From: Chthoniobacteraceae bacterium
GTDB taxonomy: Bacteria; Verrucomicrobiota; Verrucomicrobiia; Chthoniobacterales; Chthoniobacteraceae
Assembly (NCBI GenBank): GCA_037190965.1
Contig: JBBCKI010000024.1
Coordinates: forward strand, 21,005 to 85,004
Length of the DNA stretch: 64,000 nt
Reading direction: 5' to 3'
Part shown: positions 36,273 to 47,439 of the stretch, piece by piece
Layout of the letters: every line of letters starts with the position of its first letter
Numbering within the stretch: the stretch's first letter is position 1
Program-made: the position numbers and the translations under genes
Notes under the pieces: generated by a model
What the model saw: the letters and a program-made list of their open reading frames with translations, nothing else
What the model was told of the DNA's origin: nothing
Databases searched by the model: none

Positions 36273-37649
36273 ATGCCTGATCTGTTTCCCGAGAATTCTC
36301 CTTCACCCTACGCAAAGCCGCGCATCCTTTCCGTCACGGAGATCACCCGCGCGCTCCGTGATCTGATCGAAGGGACGGTGGGGGAAGTCTGGGTTGAGGG
36401 CGAGGTGTGCAATCACCGCAAGCAGGCGTCGGGGCACCAATATTTTACGATCAAGGACGACCGATGCCAGCTCCCGTGTGTCCTCTTTTTTCGCCCGGGG
36501 TTGCGGCATGCGACGATCCCTCTTTCCGACGGGATGCTGGTGCACGTGCGCGGGATGATGACCGTCTACGAGGCGCGCGGGCAATACCAGATGAACGTTT
36601 CGCTCGTCCAGGCTGCCGGGGAAGGGTTGCTTGCGGCGAAATTCGAGGCGCTCAAGCGCAAGCTTGAGGCGGAAGGGCTTTTCGATCCGGAGCGCAAGCG
36701 CCCACTCCCGCGCTTTCCCAAGGCCATCGGCATCGTGACCTCGCCCACCGGCGCGGCGGTGCGCGACATGATCAACATCCTGCATCGGCGGGCTCCGTGG
36801 ATCCAGATTGTCATCAACCCCGTGCGCGTGCAGGGGAGCGGCGCGGCGGTGGAGATCGCGGCGGCCGTGGCAGAGTTCAACAGCGGCGCGTTGCCGCCGG
36901 TGGAAGTCATCGTGGTCGCGCGCGGCGGCGGCAGCGCGGAGGATCTCTGGGAGTTCAACGAGGAAGCGGTCGCACGCGCGGTTTATGCTTCCGAAATTCC
37001 GGTGGTGTCTGCCGTGGGGCACGAGATCGATTTTTCCATCTCCGATTTTGTGGCCGACCTCCGCGCTCCCACCCCGAGCGCCGCCGCCGAGTTGATCGCG
37101 CCCGATTCGGCAGAACTGGAACGCCGGTTCTTGCAGATCGCGGGAGCGCTGGAGCGGAATGTTCGGGATGCCGTGGCGCAGGAGCGCGCGCGCCTGGGAT
37201 TTCTTTCGCGTAGCGTCCTTTTTCGCGAGCCCAAGGCGCAGCTTGAGGAGCTCATGCAGCAGCTCGATTTCGCCACCGCCTCGCTGAGCCGCGCGCTGGC
37301 GGACCGCCTGATTGCCGACCGGCAGCGCCTGGACGCGCTGGCTGGGCAGGTGCGGGAGCATCGCCCTGATCAGCTTTTGGCCATCCGCCGTCATCAACTG
37401 GAGGCCGCCGCCGAGCGATTGCGGCGAGGGTTCGAGCAAAGACTGGAAGCCTCGCGCCAAAGACTGGATCAAGCGGGAAATTTGCTCCGCGTCCTCGGGC
37501 CGCAGGCCACGCTGGGGCGCGGATACAGTATTACGCGCACGGCGGAAGGGGAGATTGTGCGCTCGGTGGAGCAAGCACCGCCGGGGAGCGTATTGGTGAC
37601 GCAATTAGCGGACGGCGAAGTAAAGTCGCGGGTGGGCGCAACGGAGTAG
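36273..37649 (+). CDS. xseA: Exodeoxyribonuclease VII large subunit
   Basis: VWVEGE, SGHQYF, IVTSPTGAAVRD, RGGGSAEDL, SAVGHEID, ADLRAPTPSAAAE, LGRGY. Confidence 0.97.
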   Translation: MPDLFPENSPSPYAKPRILSVTEITRALRDLIEGTVGEVWVEGEVCNHRKQASGHQYFTIKDDRCQLPCVLFFRPGLRHATIPLSDGMLVHVRGMMTVYEARGQYQMNVSLVQAAGEGLLAAKFEALKRKLEAEGLFDPERKRPLPRFPKAIGIVTSPTGAAVRDMINILHRRAPWIQIVINPVRVQGSGAAVEIAAAVAEFNSGALPPVEVIVVARGGGSAEDLWEFNEEAVARAVYASEIPVVSAVGHEIDFSISDFVADLRAPTPSAAAELIAPDSAELERRFLQIAGALERNVRDAVAQERARLGFLSRSVLFREPKAQLEELMQQLDFATASLSRALADRLIADRQRLDALAGQVREHRPDQLLAIRRHQLEAAAERLRRGFEQRLEASRQRLDQAGNLLRVLGPQATLGRGYSITRTAEGEIVRSVEQAPPGSVLVTQLADGEVKSRVGATE

Positions 37650-38008
37650 AACGAACCGCCAGCGTGCGGCAACACCGGTAGACCGCCCGCACTGCGAGCG
37701 GATATTGGCTCCGTCTATTGGCGGCATCGTAATATAACCAGCCCGTCCTGCGGGGGATCGAAGCCAAACGTGGCCCCCTCATTATCTCCCGTGCTCGGCG
37801 GCGCGAGCGGGCTATCTTGCCGGTCCTTCAAGCAACTCGTGGGGCAAGTCGGTGACTTTTCCGTCATACACTCCTCGTGGATTTGGAATGCGTTCCGGTG
37901 AAGATGCAATCCTTGCTGCCTGCGAGGAGCGATATGGAATGGAGGATAAAAAAACCGCGCTTCTCGCAAAAGAAGCGCGGTTTAGAATGAATGTTCTAGA
38001 TGCCCGAA

Positions 38009-38728
38009 TTAGGGAGCAAGAGGATCAAGAGGATTCAACACCAGGAAGTTGGTGGGAGTCAGCCAGTTGTTGCCAGCATTCTGAAGGAAAATATTGGCTT
38101 TGGTGGCACCACCGGCAGGGCCAAATACCTGAAATGTGGGATTGAGGCGCTCCACTTGTCCGCTGCCATCGACGCGGACGACGATCGCTGCTTTACCTTT
38201 CCAAATGCCGCCCTTGACGCCTTCCGTCGCCGTGTAGCTTCCAGATGCCGGGGTTGCGAACCCGTCAGCAATCAAAGGCCAGCTTGGATTGGAGGTGTCG
38301 GTGAGGCCGCGAACGTAGGCGTAGCAATTTTCGCCACCCGTCAACCGACTGGCGAACGCGGTGTTTTCGTCGGGCGGGGCCGCATTGTTGAAGGCAGACT
38401 TGTTAACGTAGAAAATCTTTTCCTGGGTGATGTAATCGGGCACAAGGTTCTTGAAGGCAGCGTTGGAGTCTGCAACCAGTGCGCCGTAGTTGGCCCCGTT
38501 TGTCGCATCAGCTTCCTTCGACGGAAAGCTGCCATCCCAGTCCCCTGCAAACATCTTGAGGCCGAGATAGATCTGCTTAGCATTACTCAGATCTTTGGTC
38601 TGGTTGCCTTTCTCGATGACCTGGGTAAATGCCGGGAGCGCGATACCCGCCAGAATGGCGATGATCGAGATAACGACGAGGAGTTCGATAAGGGTAAAAC
38701 CCTCACGAGGGGAAACACGTATTTTCAT
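38009..38728 (-). CDS. Prepilin-type N-terminal cleavage/methylation protein (PVC type II secretion-like pilin)
   Basis: EGFTLIELLVVISIIAILAGIALP; SNAKQI; C-terminal W.GK...VRVDGS variant of H-X9-DG. Confidence 0.9.
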   Translation of the reverse strand: MKIRVSPREGFTLIELLVVISIIAILAGIALPAFTQVIEKGNQTKDLSNAKQIYLGLKMFAGDWDGSFPSKEADATNGANYGALVADSNAAFKNLVPDYITQEKIFYVNKSAFNNAAPPDENTAFASRLTGGENCYAYVRGLTDTSNPSWPLIADGFATPASGSYTATEGVKGGIWKGKAAIVVRVDGSGQVERLNPTFQVFGPAGGATKANIFLQNAGNNWLTPTNFLVLNPLDPLAP

Positions 38729-38800
38729 AGGGGTTGGGTGAACAATCTGCTGAGGTTCAAGGTATCCAAGGAAAAGCAATTCGCAACTGAATTTTTTGGG

Positions 38801-41080
38801 TCAAAAGTTTTCTTTCTCGTACTCATCGTTCGTCGCAAGGCCAGCGGTTTCAACGATTTCGGGTGACGGAAGGGGATTTGGGCGACGCTTCAGCCCGACG
38901 AGCGCCAGCGGGGGGAGTCTGAGGGTGAGCGAGTGGCTTTTGCCCTGCCAGCCGATCGCTTCGGCGGCCTGGCCTCCGTAGTTGCCGATGTTCCCGCCTC
39001 CGTAGGTTTCCGCGTCGGTGTTGATGATTTCCTCATACCATCCCTCGCCGGGGACGCCGACGCGATACCAGTCGCGCACCACCGGGGTGGCGTTGATGAC
39101 GAAGACTAGCGTGGAGCCGTCGCTCCCCTTGCGGGCAAACGCGATCACGGAGTTATCGGAATCATGGAAATCGATCCACTCGAAGCCTTCATAGGAATCA
39201 TCGAGGCTCCAGAGTGCCGGTTCGGTTTTGTAGATCCAGTTGAGGTGTTGCACGAGGCGGCGAAGCCCGTCGTGCATGGGGCTGTCGAGCAAATGCCAGT
39301 CGAGGCTCTTCCCATGGTTCCATTCCTCCCATTGGCCGAACTCGCCTCCCTGGAAGAGCAGCTTCTTGCCGGGGTGTGCGTACATCCAGGCGTAGAACAT
39401 CCGCAGATTCGCAAATTTTTGCCACACATCGCCCGGCATCTTGTCGAGCAGCGACCGCTTGCCGTGGACCACCTCGTCATGGCTCAGGACGAGGATAAAA
39501 TGCTCATGGAAGGCGTAGAGGAGCGAAAACGTGATATCCCCCTGGTGGAACCGGCGGTGTACCGGGTCTTTCGCCATGTAGACGAGGAAGTCGTGCATCC
39601 ACCCCATGTTCCATTTGAACCCAAACCCGAGACCGCCCAGATAAGTCGGCCGCGAGACACCCGGCCACGCGGTCGATTCCTCCGCGATGGTCATGATGCC
39701 GGGGAAGCGGTCATAGCAGACCTCGTTGAACTGCTTGAGAAACGCGATTGCCTCCAGATTCTCGCGCCCGCCGAAGCAATTGGGCACCCACTCGCCCGGC
39801 TGTCGGGAATAATCGAGGTACAGCATGGAGGCCACGGCATCCACGCGAAGCCCGTCGATGTGGTACTGCTCCATCCAGAAGAGCGCGTTGGCGATCAGGA
39901 AGTTGCGCACTTCATTGCGCCCGTAGTTGAAGATCAGCGTGCCCCAGTCGGCATGTTCGCCCTGGCGCGGGTCCGCGTGTTCGTAGAGATCGGTTCCGTC
40001 GAACTCCGCAAGCCCGTGAGCGTCCTTGGGGAAGTGCCCCGGCACCCAGTCGAGCAGCACGCCGATGCCGCGCTGGTGGCATTTGTCCACAAAATGGCGG
40101 AACTCATCGGGATTGCCGAAGCGGCTGGTGGGGGCGAAATACCCCGTGACCTGATAACCCCATGAGCCGTCGAACGGGTGCTCCGCCACCGGCATCAATT
40201 CGATGTGCGTGTAGCCCATTTCGCACACGTAATCGAGCAGCCGGTCCGCAAGCTCCAAATAGGAGAGAAACCGGTTGCCTTCCTCCGGCACGCGCGCCCA
40301 GGAGCCGAGGTGCACCTCATAGATGCTGACCGGGCGCTGGTGCTGATTGGACGCCAGCGCGGCGCGGGTTTCCATCCAATCTTCGTCGGCCCAATGGTAG
40401 CGATGAAGATCAAAAACGATCGAAGCCGTCTGGACCCCGTGCTGGGAATAAAAGGCATACGGGTCGCTCTTGAGGAAGAGATTGCCGTGGGCTCCCTTGA
40501 TCTCGAACTTGTAGTGCGCCCCTTCGCCCACGCCGGGGATGAAGAGCTCCCAGACGCCATTGCCGGGATGCTTGCGCATCGGGTGGACCCGGCCGTCCCA
40601 ATGGTTCCAGTCACCCACCACGCTCACGCGCTGGGCGTTTGGCGCCCAGACCGCGAAGGTGCACCCCTTCACGCCGCCGATCTCGCACAGGTGGGCGCCG
40701 AGTTTTTCGTAAATCTGCCAGTGATTTCCCTCGCCGAAGAGGTGGAGATCGAGCGGCCCAAGCAGTGCCTGAAACGAATACGGATCATGCGCCGTCCATT
40801 CCCCGCCGTTATGGCCCGTGATGCGGAGCTGGTATTGAAACCGCGCGTTTTCCCCGGGGATCGCCGCTTCGAAGACCCCGTCTGAGTGAATCCGCACGGC
40901 GGGAAAACGCCGCGTTGGCTGGCAAACGTCCTCCACCGTCACCGCGCATGCGTCGGGTCGGAAGACCCGCACCACAAGTTGATCGCCTGCCTGATGCATC
41001 CCCAGCACCGAAAACGGATCGCCATGGTAAGCGCCGAGCAGGCTGTGGAGATTCCCTTCATCAATGGTCGGATGGTTCAT
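38801..41080 (-). CDS. glgB: 1,4-alpha-glucan branching enzyme
   Basis: [65 protein letters not shown]. Confidence 0.98.
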   Translation of the reverse strand: MNHPTIDEGNLHSLLGAYHGDPFSVLGMHQAGDQLVVRVFRPDACAVTVEDVCQPTRRFPAVRIHSDGVFEAAIPGENARFQYQLRITGHNGGEWTAHDPYSFQALLGPLDLHLFGEGNHWQIYEKLGAHLCEIGGVKGCTFAVWAPNAQRVSVVGDWNHWDGRVHPMRKHPGNGVWELFIPGVGEGAHYKFEIKGAHGNLFLKSDPYAFYSQHGVQTASIVFDLHRYHWADEDWMETRAALASNQHQRPVSIYEVHLGSWARVPEEGNRFLSYLELADRLLDYVCEMGYTHIELMPVAEHPFDGSWGYQVTGYFAPTSRFGNPDEFRHFVDKCHQRGIGVLLDWVPGHFPKDAHGLAEFDGTDLYEHADPRQGEHADWGTLIFNYGRNEVRNFLIANALFWMEQYHIDGLRVDAVASMLYLDYSRQPGEWVPNCFGGRENLEAIAFLKQFNEVCYDRFPGIMTIAEESTAWPGVSRPTYLGGLGFGFKWNMGWMHDFLVYMAKDPVHRRFHQGDITFSLLYAFHEHFILVLSHDEVVHGKRSLLDKMPGDVWQKFANLRMFYAWMYAHPGKKLLFQGGEFGQWEEWNHGKSLDWHLLDSPMHDGLRRLVQHLNWIYKTEPALWSLDDSYEGFEWIDFHDSDNSVIAFARKGSDGSTLVFVINATPVVRDWYRVGVPGEGWYEEIINTDAETYGGGNIGNYGGQAAEAIGWQGKSHSLTLRLPPLALVGLKRRPNPLPSPEIVETAGLATNDEYEKENF

Positions 41081-41140
41081 AATTGGAAGCGGGGGGGACG
41101 GAGGGGGGGCAAAACGGGTTTAGGAAATGGGGTGGTTTCT

Positions 41141-42259
41141 TCAGGGGTTCAGGAGCGCCAGGATCTTTGGCCAGATGATTTCCCACGAAAATCGCCGGGC
41201 AACGGCTCGGCGCGTTTGCAGAAAAGAAGAATGTTTCTCCAAAAACAGGAGAAAATGCCCCGAGAGCGTCGCCGGGTTCCCTGCGGGATCAAAAAACTCC
41301 ACATCAGGCAGCCGAAACGTGTTCATCGGCGGGAGATCGGCGCAAAAGACCGGCAGACGGTGCAGCACGCCTTCGAGCACAGGAAGCCCGAAGCCCTCTT
41401 GTTTGCTGGGAAACCAGAGTACATCACACAGAGTGTATAAAGCAGCGAGGTCAGCCTTTGCGACTGGAAAAAACTCGGAGAGAAAGAGAACGCTCCCGGA
41501 AAGGCCCAGGCGCTCCCGGAGTTGCAGCAATTCCCGATGATACGCGGCGGAATCCGGGTGGTGGCCCGTCGGGCGCCCCGGTGACGAGGAGTTTTGCCCG
41601 GCACCCGCGCGAGGCAAGCTCCGTGACAAGGCGCACCCCAAGCCCGATGTTCTTGCGTCGAACGATCCGCGCGGGCTGAAGCAGAAGCACGTCGGTATCC
41701 AGCAACCGATGTTCGGCGGCAAAGGCCGTCACGCGGGGCGTCAGGTTCAAAAACCCGAGAGGATCGAGCCCGTTGGAAACCACCGCGTCCACCGGGCTGC
41801 CCGTGAGCTTCGAAAACTGGGCCGCCCGCCATTCAGAGATCGCCACCGTCCGTATCGCCGGGTTTCGCCGGGCAAGAAGCGTCCATGGCCAAAGGAGAGG
41901 AGGAGAGGGGACAGCTTCAACATCATCCTTGATATCGCTGCAGCCACTTTCCGCCTCGCGGAGAAGGTCATAATCGGGATTCGCGGCTGCCAGATCATGC
42001 ACCCAGTTCACCAGCCGTCCGGCAGGCAGTGTCTCCGCCAGCCACCGCCAATTCCCGCTCCGCCGCCGCCCTCAGCGGGCAGGAGAATGTCATCGTGGGA
42101 ACAATCTCTCCGCGAACGCGGAGGTCCCTGCTCTCTCCTCCCGGTAAGCACCGTTACCTCATGCCCAGCATCGGCAAAAAGGCGGGCGTGTTGTTCGAGG
42201 ATCAGTTCCACCCCTGCGATAGCGGGAACATGACGGGTATGGAGCAGGAGGATCTTCAT
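41141..42259 (-). pseudogene. Family 4 glycosyltransferase (mannosylglucosylglycerate-synthase-like), frameshifted and internally deleted
   Basis: Three ORF pieces: MKILLLH..PAIAGVE..LEQHARL / WVHDLA...QPARIVRRKNI...LVTGAPD / ...FPSKQEGFGLPVLEG (GT4 ExFGxxxxE motif). Confidence 0.8.
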
Positions 42260-42396
42260 GAGCGCGCACCTTCGAAGGGATTAAACCCGAAGCATCAGCC
42301 GCAGCAACCTCGAAACAAGAAGCCCTGATGCTCGGGTCGCTGTCGGGCGCCCGGTTTTCAGCTTGGCCCGGTGCAAGGCGAGCGATAAAAGAAGGC

Positions 42397-42609
42397 ATGA
42401 AACTGCTCGCCATTCTTGTGCTGGGAGGAGGCTTGGTCTGGTGGTTCCTTCTGCGTCCCGCTCCCGAATCGTCGACTGCCCCGTCCCCCCAGGCACATTC
42501 CTCGTCTCAGGCAGCCGGTTCCGAAACCAGCAATCCGCTCAAACGTCCCCTCGACAAAGCCCGCGAGGCGATGGAGGCCAAAAAAAAGCAGAGCGAAGGC
42601 GAATTTTAG
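42397..42609 (+). CDS. Small membrane-anchored hypothetical protein
   Basis: MKLLAILVLGGGLVWWFLL followed by a Pro/Ser linker and charged tail. Confidence 0.6.
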   Translation: MKLLAILVLGGGLVWWFLLRPAPESSTAPSPQAHSSSQAAGSETSNPLKRPLDKAREAMEAKKKQSEGEF

Positions 42610-42741
42610 AACCAGAGGCAACCGAGGAGTAACGATTGCGAAGGCTTCGGTTAAGGTTGTCGGATTCAAAAAAAGCCCTGCGAAACCTTGTGAAAAAGCG
42701 CTTGAACCGGCGTCGCGCTTCGCCTACTTTCGTCGGCCTTC

Positions 42742-42813
42742 GCCAGGGTAGCTCAGGGGTAGAGCAGGGGACTCATAAGCCCTTGGTCGGGAGTTCAACT
42801 CTCCCCCCTGGCA
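42742..42813 (+). tRNA. tRNA with CAT anticodon, non-initiator (likely Ile2/lysidine, possibly elongator Met)
   Basis: GCCAGGG-TAGCTCAGGGGTAGAGC-AGGGGA-CTCATAA-GCCCT-TGGTC-GGGAG-TTCAACT-CTCCC-CCCTGGC-A; G1-C72 pair excludes fMet. Confidence 0.93.
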
Positions 42814-42918
42814 CTTTTTTCTCTGGAAAAAGCAAAACCCACGCTTTTCCGGAGCCGAAAAAGGAAAAGGTTCTTGCCTGATCGAATAAACCGGATGAAA
42901 TAGGCCGCGCAAACTAGA

Positions 42919-43009
42919 GGAGAGGTGGCTGAGTGGTCGAAAGCAGCGCTTTGCTAAAGCGCCGTACCCCAAAAGGGTACCGGGGGTTCGAAGCCCCCCC
43001 TCTCCGCCA
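42919..43009 (+). tRNA. tRNA-Ser(GCT)
   Basis: GGAGAGG...GCGCT-TTGCTAA-AGCGC, long variable arm GTACCCCAAAAGGGTAC, GGGGG-TTCGAAG-CCCCC, CCTCTCC-GCCA. Confidence 0.95.
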
Positions 43010-43017
43010 GTTTTTAA

Positions 43018-43050
43018 GCCCGACGTAGCCGTCGGGCATTTTTGTTTTTT
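43018..43050 (+). terminator. Rho-independent terminator after tRNA-Ser
   Basis: GCCCGAC-GTAGCC-GTCGGGC followed by a T-rich tract. Confidence 0.85.
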
Positions 43051-43190
43051 GCCGATTCCTCAGCAATCCGCGGAGTGCCTTATCGATCCGCCGTCAAGAA
43101 TTGTTGACGGGCCAATCTGCGAGCGGCGCCAAAGAATATGGGCTGCACCAAAGTTCCAATGGTGTCGCCAAATCTCCGCAGCCTCTTCTT

Positions 43191-43601
43191 TTATTGCGTG
43201 CAAGCGGAAATATCCAAGGTAATGCGGCGGCTGGCGCAAAAGTCCTTGCATGCTTCCATGGACATTTTGGGCTCCCCATTCAGTGGCAGTTCTTTGGGCA
43301 CTTGCAGGCCGAAGTCGTAAAGAATATGCGATCCAGGAGGCAAGGTTTCAAATTGCTTTTTCAGTTCAGCAACCGTCTGGAATACGCGACCATCAAAATT
43401 CAGCTCTTTTTGGTTACTATCCCAGACATACAGCGAATGATCCTCGGTATTACAATCCCAAGAGAAAATGGAAATCTTTTCCAAACGCTCTCCTGTCCAT
43501 CTCAGGGCCGCTTCAGTACACCATGGGCCCTGCCTTGAGCGATCAACGATCCCGATTTGAGAATCGCCGCCGCATCGGGAAAAAGGCGTTCCGTTTATCA
43601 A
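43191..43601 (-). CDS. Hypothetical protein
   Basis: Lower-GC ORF with protein-like C-terminal half; start uncertain. Confidence 0.4.
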   Translation of the reverse strand: MINGTPFSRCGGDSQIGIVDRSRQGPWCTEAALRWTGERLEKISIFSWDCNTEDHSLYVWDSNQKELNFDGRVFQTVAELKKQFETLPPGSHILYDFGLQVPKELPLNGEPKMSMEACKDFCASRRITLDISACTQ

Positions 43602-43799
43602 GTTTTTTCGGCAAGACTTTATCGGATATGTCCACCCATTCTTTGTCCGTTCGCTCGAGAACTAAAATTTGACTCCGTTTCTGGTCCGGGTCAGGGAAGA
43701 AGCTCACGAATGCCAAGGGGGTGTCATGCGGCCACTTCAGGATTTTGTTGCCAGCATTCGCTTAACCGTCTCCCACATTCCTTGGCGCGTTTTTGCATG

Positions 43800-44639
43800 C
43801 TAATCCAGCCGGTAAATGCGTTTCGCATTGCGGAAAAAGAATTGCTCCCGTTGTTCCCGGGAGGCCTGTTTTGCCAGAGCCCGGGAAATGGCAACCCACT
43901 CGGCCAGCGGGACGGCTAGTGTGCAGACGGGCCAGTCCCCGCCCCAGAGAACCCGTTCCCACCCGAAGGAGGCCAGCGCGTGCTCAAACCACGGCTGTAT
44001 GCCAGCCGCCGAAAGACGATCCGGCTCGGCATAAGCCACCAAGCCGCTGACTTTGCAAACCACATGGGGGCAGGCGGCCAGTTCGGTGATTTGCTTCCGC
44101 CAGAACTCGAGCCGGCCGCTCCTGATGTCGGGAACCCCGCAATGGTCGAGGACAAAGGAAACCTTGGGGCATTTCTCAACCAGTTTCCGGGCCAGGGGAA
44201 GCTGGCGTTCCAGAACGCACAGGTCGAAGCTGAACCCGTAGTCCGCCAGCCGACGTACGTTATCCACAAAGCGCGGCGACTGGGACACCTCGTCCGGAGC
44301 CACATGCAGCACGCGACGCACACCTTTGACCAGCGGCAGCGTAGCCAGCATTTTCAATTCGGAGGCAAACGTTTCTTCCTCCGGACGGCAGGCCGCCACG
44401 ATACCGGAGATGAGAGGATGCCGCTCCGCCAGCGCATGGTAAAATTCGGCCTCGGCATGCCGATACTGAGTATCCACATTGCCCTCGACGAAAACCGTGC
44501 GCTCAATACCGGTCCCGGCCGAGGCCTCCAGGTAGTCCTCCAGGGCAAAGGTACGATGAAGGGCAGGAATATCCCGGCACCAGGAATACGGAAACTGTGC
44601 GACATTCCAAAGGTGCTGGTGGGTATCGATCAGGCGCAT
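43800..44639 (-). CDS. Amidohydrolase-fold sugar lactonase (L-fuconolactonase-like)
   Basis: [41 protein letters not shown]. Confidence 0.88.
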   Translation of the reverse strand: MRLIDTHQHLWNVAQFPYSWCRDIPALHRTFALEDYLEASAGTGIERTVFVEGNVDTQYRHAEAEFYHALAERHPLISGIVAACRPEEETFASELKMLATLPLVKGVRRVLHVAPDEVSQSPRFVDNVRRLADYGFSFDLCVLERQLPLARKLVEKCPKVSFVLDHCGVPDIRSGRLEFWRKQITELAACPHVVCKVSGLVAYAEPDRLSAAGIQPWFEHALASFGWERVLWGGDWPVCTLAVPLAEWVAISRALAKQASREQREQFFFRNAKRIYRLD

Positions 44640-45139
44640 GGTTTCCCCGGTGAATTCCGATACTTCACGGTCTGCAGATGCTCGCAGTAAAGCACGAGTT
44701 CGCCATCGTTCTTGAAAACTTCATAGCTCGCGCGGCAGAGCCCCATTTCCGGGTATTTCGGCCGCTTTTCAAGATCGGTTTTGATGGTGTAGAGCGTGTC
44801 TCCGATAAACACGGGCTTGATGAAGCGCAGCTTGTCGTAACCGTAGCTAAAGGCGTTGACGCAGTTGGTGGCGACAAGGCCGAGGCCGACGCTGAAGACC
44901 ATCGCCCCGGCCACCAGCCGCCTGCCGAAAACGCCTTGCTCTCGAGCGAAAATTTCGTCGGCCACATAAGGATGCATATCGAGGACGAGGGCATTGAACT
45001 GCATGCTTTCGCCCTCGCTGAGGGTCCGGCGAATCGAACGGATCCGGCGGCCGATTTCGATATCTTCGTAGTACCAATCTTCAGCGTTCCAGATGGGGAT
45101 CTCGGAATGCCGCGCCGGATCGGGATTGGGATTTGTCAT
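44630..45139 (-). CDS. MaoC-family (hotdog) dehydratase
   Basis: [32 protein letters not shown]. Confidence 0.88.
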   Translation of the reverse strand: MTNPNPDPARHSEIPIWNAEDWYYEDIEIGRRIRSIRRTLSEGESMQFNALVLDMHPYVADEIFAREQGVFGRRLVAGAMVFSVGLGLVATNCVNAFSYGYDKLRFIKPVFIGDTLYTIKTDLEKRPKYPEMGLCRASYEVFKNDGELVLYCEHLQTVKYRNSPGKPCA

Positions 45140-45145
45140 AATTTT

Positions 45146-46294
45146 CTAAAGGCTGAATTCCTTTTGGATTGTCGCGTTGTGCTGTCCCACGCGCGGCGCC
45201 CCCCTCGGGGATTTGTAAGCTTCGCCATCGATCCGGATCGGGCAGCGCGTCGTTTTGAGGAAGGGGCCGTCTTCTCGGGTGACGACTTGTTCGAAATCCA
45301 GAGCCTGGTAGGCTTCCGTTTTCCGCAGATGCTCCCAGGTCAATACCTGGGCGCACCAATAATCGCCGGCTTCCAGCTTCTCCAGCCAGAACCGCGTCGG
45401 TTCCGGCAAGATATGCGCGGCAATGACGGCTTTGATTTCGTCTCGCCGGACAAACCAGGTTTTGGCGTCGGCGAACTCCGCCAGGTTCCGGCATTCGAGC
45501 AATTCCCCGAGCCGCGTGACGGACCCCATAGCCAGGGCGAGATAGCCATCCGCCGTGCGATAGATGCCGTAAGGAGCACCCAGATAGGCATGCGCGTTAT
45601 TTGCCCGGCTGCGGTGCGGCGGTCGGCCGCCATCGTTCAAATGCGTGGTGAAAACCTCGAATTGGAAATCCAGCACGGACTCCAGCAGACTCACCTCCAC
45701 GCGGCCTCCCGCTCCCGCAACGCCCCGGCGCACCAGGCTGGCCAGGATCCCCTGCACCAGGTGATTTCCAGCCATCATGTCGGCAATGGCCAACCCCATC
45801 GGCACCGGCCCCTGATCAGCATCTCCGCTTAGCCAGGCCAGGCCGGAGAGCGATTGAGCCAGCAGATCCTGCCCTGGCTTCCCTATCCAGGGGCCGCAGG
45901 AGCCGTACCCTGTCACCGAACCATAAACCAGCCGCGAGTTGATGGCGCGGACTTCATCATATCCCAGGCCCAGGCGCTCCATGATCCCCGGGCGAAAGTT
46001 TTCAATCAGCACGTCCGCAGACGCGATCAGGGCGCGGACCTTTTTCAAATCGGCGGCGTCCTTGAGGTTGGCGGCAAAACTCTGCTTGTTGCGATTGATG
46101 GAATGAAAGAGCGTGCTATCCCCGTCCAGTTCCAGGTCGGAAATATAGAGCTGCCGGCAGAGATCGCCCTGGCCGGGGCGTTCGATTTTGATCACGCGCG
46201 CGCCAAGGTCGGCCAGCTTGAGCGCGGCCATTGGCCCAGCCAGAAACTGGGAAAAATCCAGTATGAGCAATCCTTCGAGAGGTTTCACGACCAA
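45146..46294 (-). CDS. Family III CoA-transferase (CaiB/BaiF)
   Basis: LAGP...LADLGARVIKIERP..GD, NRNKQS, DVLIENFRPG, PGQDLLAQ, P.VGQH. Confidence 0.95.
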   Translation of the reverse strand: MVVKPLEGLLILDFSQFLAGPMAALKLADLGARVIKIERPGQGDLCRQLYISDLELDGDSTLFHSINRNKQSFAANLKDAADLKKVRALIASADVLIENFRPGIMERLGLGYDEVRAINSRLVYGSVTGYGSCGPWIGKPGQDLLAQSLSGLAWLSGDADQGPVPMGLAIADMMAGNHLVQGILASLVRRGVAGAGGRVEVSLLESVLDFQFEVFTTHLNDGGRPPHRSRANNAHAYLGAPYGIYRTADGYLALAMGSVTRLGELLECRNLAEFADAKTWFVRRDEIKAVIAAHILPEPTRFWLEKLEAGDYWCAQVLTWEHLRKTEAYQALDFEQVVTREDGPFLKTTRCPIRIDGEAYKSPRGAPRVGQHNATIQKEFSL

Positions 46295-46302
46295 TACCAG
46301 GT

Positions 46303-46959
46303 TTAGAATTTGTTGTATTTCAAATACGCTTCCTGCGGATCCGTTCCGGCAAGAATGGCGGTGCGCACCTTGTTTTCCGTTTGCATGACTTCCTCGGTTC
46401 GAGCCAGCGCCCCCCCGGCCACCTCCTGCGGAACAATCACAACCCCGTCAAAATCAGCCAGAACGTAATCGCCTCCCCGAATGTCCACCCCTCCAATGGT
46501 GATCGTTTGGTTGAACGCCTCGGCCTTCCAACGGCCCACCACATCGACCGGAGTGAAGTAGCGGCAGAAGACCGGAAAACCGAGACGGCGAATGAAACCG
46601 GTGTCCCGGCATCCTCCGTCCACGATATACCCGCGGACACCCCGGAGATGCATAGTCTCCGCCGAAAGCTCCCCCATATGGGCCACGCTCGAATCATTGG
46701 GCTGGCATATCACCACGGAATCACGCGGGGCCTTGGATAGCAGGGCCGTCCAGTGCAGGAGAGATTCGTGCGGGTCGAGGTGCGGATGAATGTGGCCGCT
46801 CACGGTGAAAACTCGGCCGGCGATCCTTGTCTCCGGCATCAGGGGACGGATGGTCGTTGGAAGCGCTTGGTTGGGGTACCCCATGGCCCGAAGGACATCG
46901 TACAGCGCACCCGTATAGCACCGTTCCAATCGCGTTTCAAAAGAGTCGTTCGATGTCAT
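46303..46959 (-). CDS. RraA-family / HMG-CHA aldolase-like protein
   Basis: AHMGELSA, IVDGGCRD, GDYVLADFDGVVIVP. Confidence 0.9.
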   Translation of the reverse strand: MTSNDSFETRLERCYTGALYDVLRAMGYPNQALPTTIRPLMPETRIAGRVFTVSGHIHPHLDPHESLLHWTALLSKAPRDSVVICQPNDSSVAHMGELSAETMHLRGVRGYIVDGGCRDTGFIRRLGFPVFCRYFTPVDVVGRWKAEAFNQTITIGGVDIRGGDYVLADFDGVVIVPQEVAGGALARTEEVMQTENKVRTAILAGTDPQEAYLKYNKF

Positions 46960-46977
46960 AAATTAAGGGGCTGCGGG

Positions 46978-47433
46978 CTATTTGGAAACCTCCCGGCGTT
47001 TCACCAGGAGCAGATGCTCGCAGGCCAGAACCGTCTCGCCGTGCTGATTGAAGACCTCACACCGCTCGACAACAATCCCTTGGCCGGGATGTTTGGCATG
47101 GTCGCGTTTATCGGCAATCTTCAACCGCACCCGGATGGTGTCGCCGATGAAGACCGGCTTGATAAACCGCAACCGGTCATAGCCGTAGGAGAAGGCTTCG
47201 GGATTGATCACGCCGGCGCTCAGGCCTACTGCCACACTGAAAACCAAAGTTCCATGAGCCACCCGCTGCCGGAAAGGTTCCCAGGTTTTGCACCATTCCG
47301 CGTCCATGTGGTGAGGATAAAAATCCCCGGTTTGTCCGGCGTGGAGGACGATGTCCGTCTCCGTAAGGGTGCGGCCAGTTGTCTCACGGCAGGAGCCAAC
47401 CGCGTAGTCTTCAAAGAACCGGGATTCGATCAT
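46978..47433 (-). CDS. MaoC-family dehydratase (second copy)
   Basis: [35 protein letters not shown]. Confidence 0.9.
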   Translation of the reverse strand: MIESRFFEDYAVGSCRETTGRTLTETDIVLHAGQTGDFYPHHMDAEWCKTWEPFRQRVAHGTLVFSVAVGLSAGVINPEAFSYGYDRLRFIKPVFIGDTIRVRLKIADKRDHAKHPGQGIVVERCEVFNQHGETVLACEHLLLVKRREVSK

Positions 47434-47439
47434 GGGAAA

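Noticed and set aside
37650..37990. RHS-core remnant or small ORFs between xseA and the pilin gene (TGWLYYD motif)
   Set aside because: The similarity covers only a few residues and no coherent frame supports it
42982..43000. Atypical T-loop TTCGAAG in tRNA-Ser as a sign of a pseudo-tRNA or att site
   Set aside because: All stems, the CCA end and the terminator are intact; no duplicated 3' end or integrase found downstream in the window
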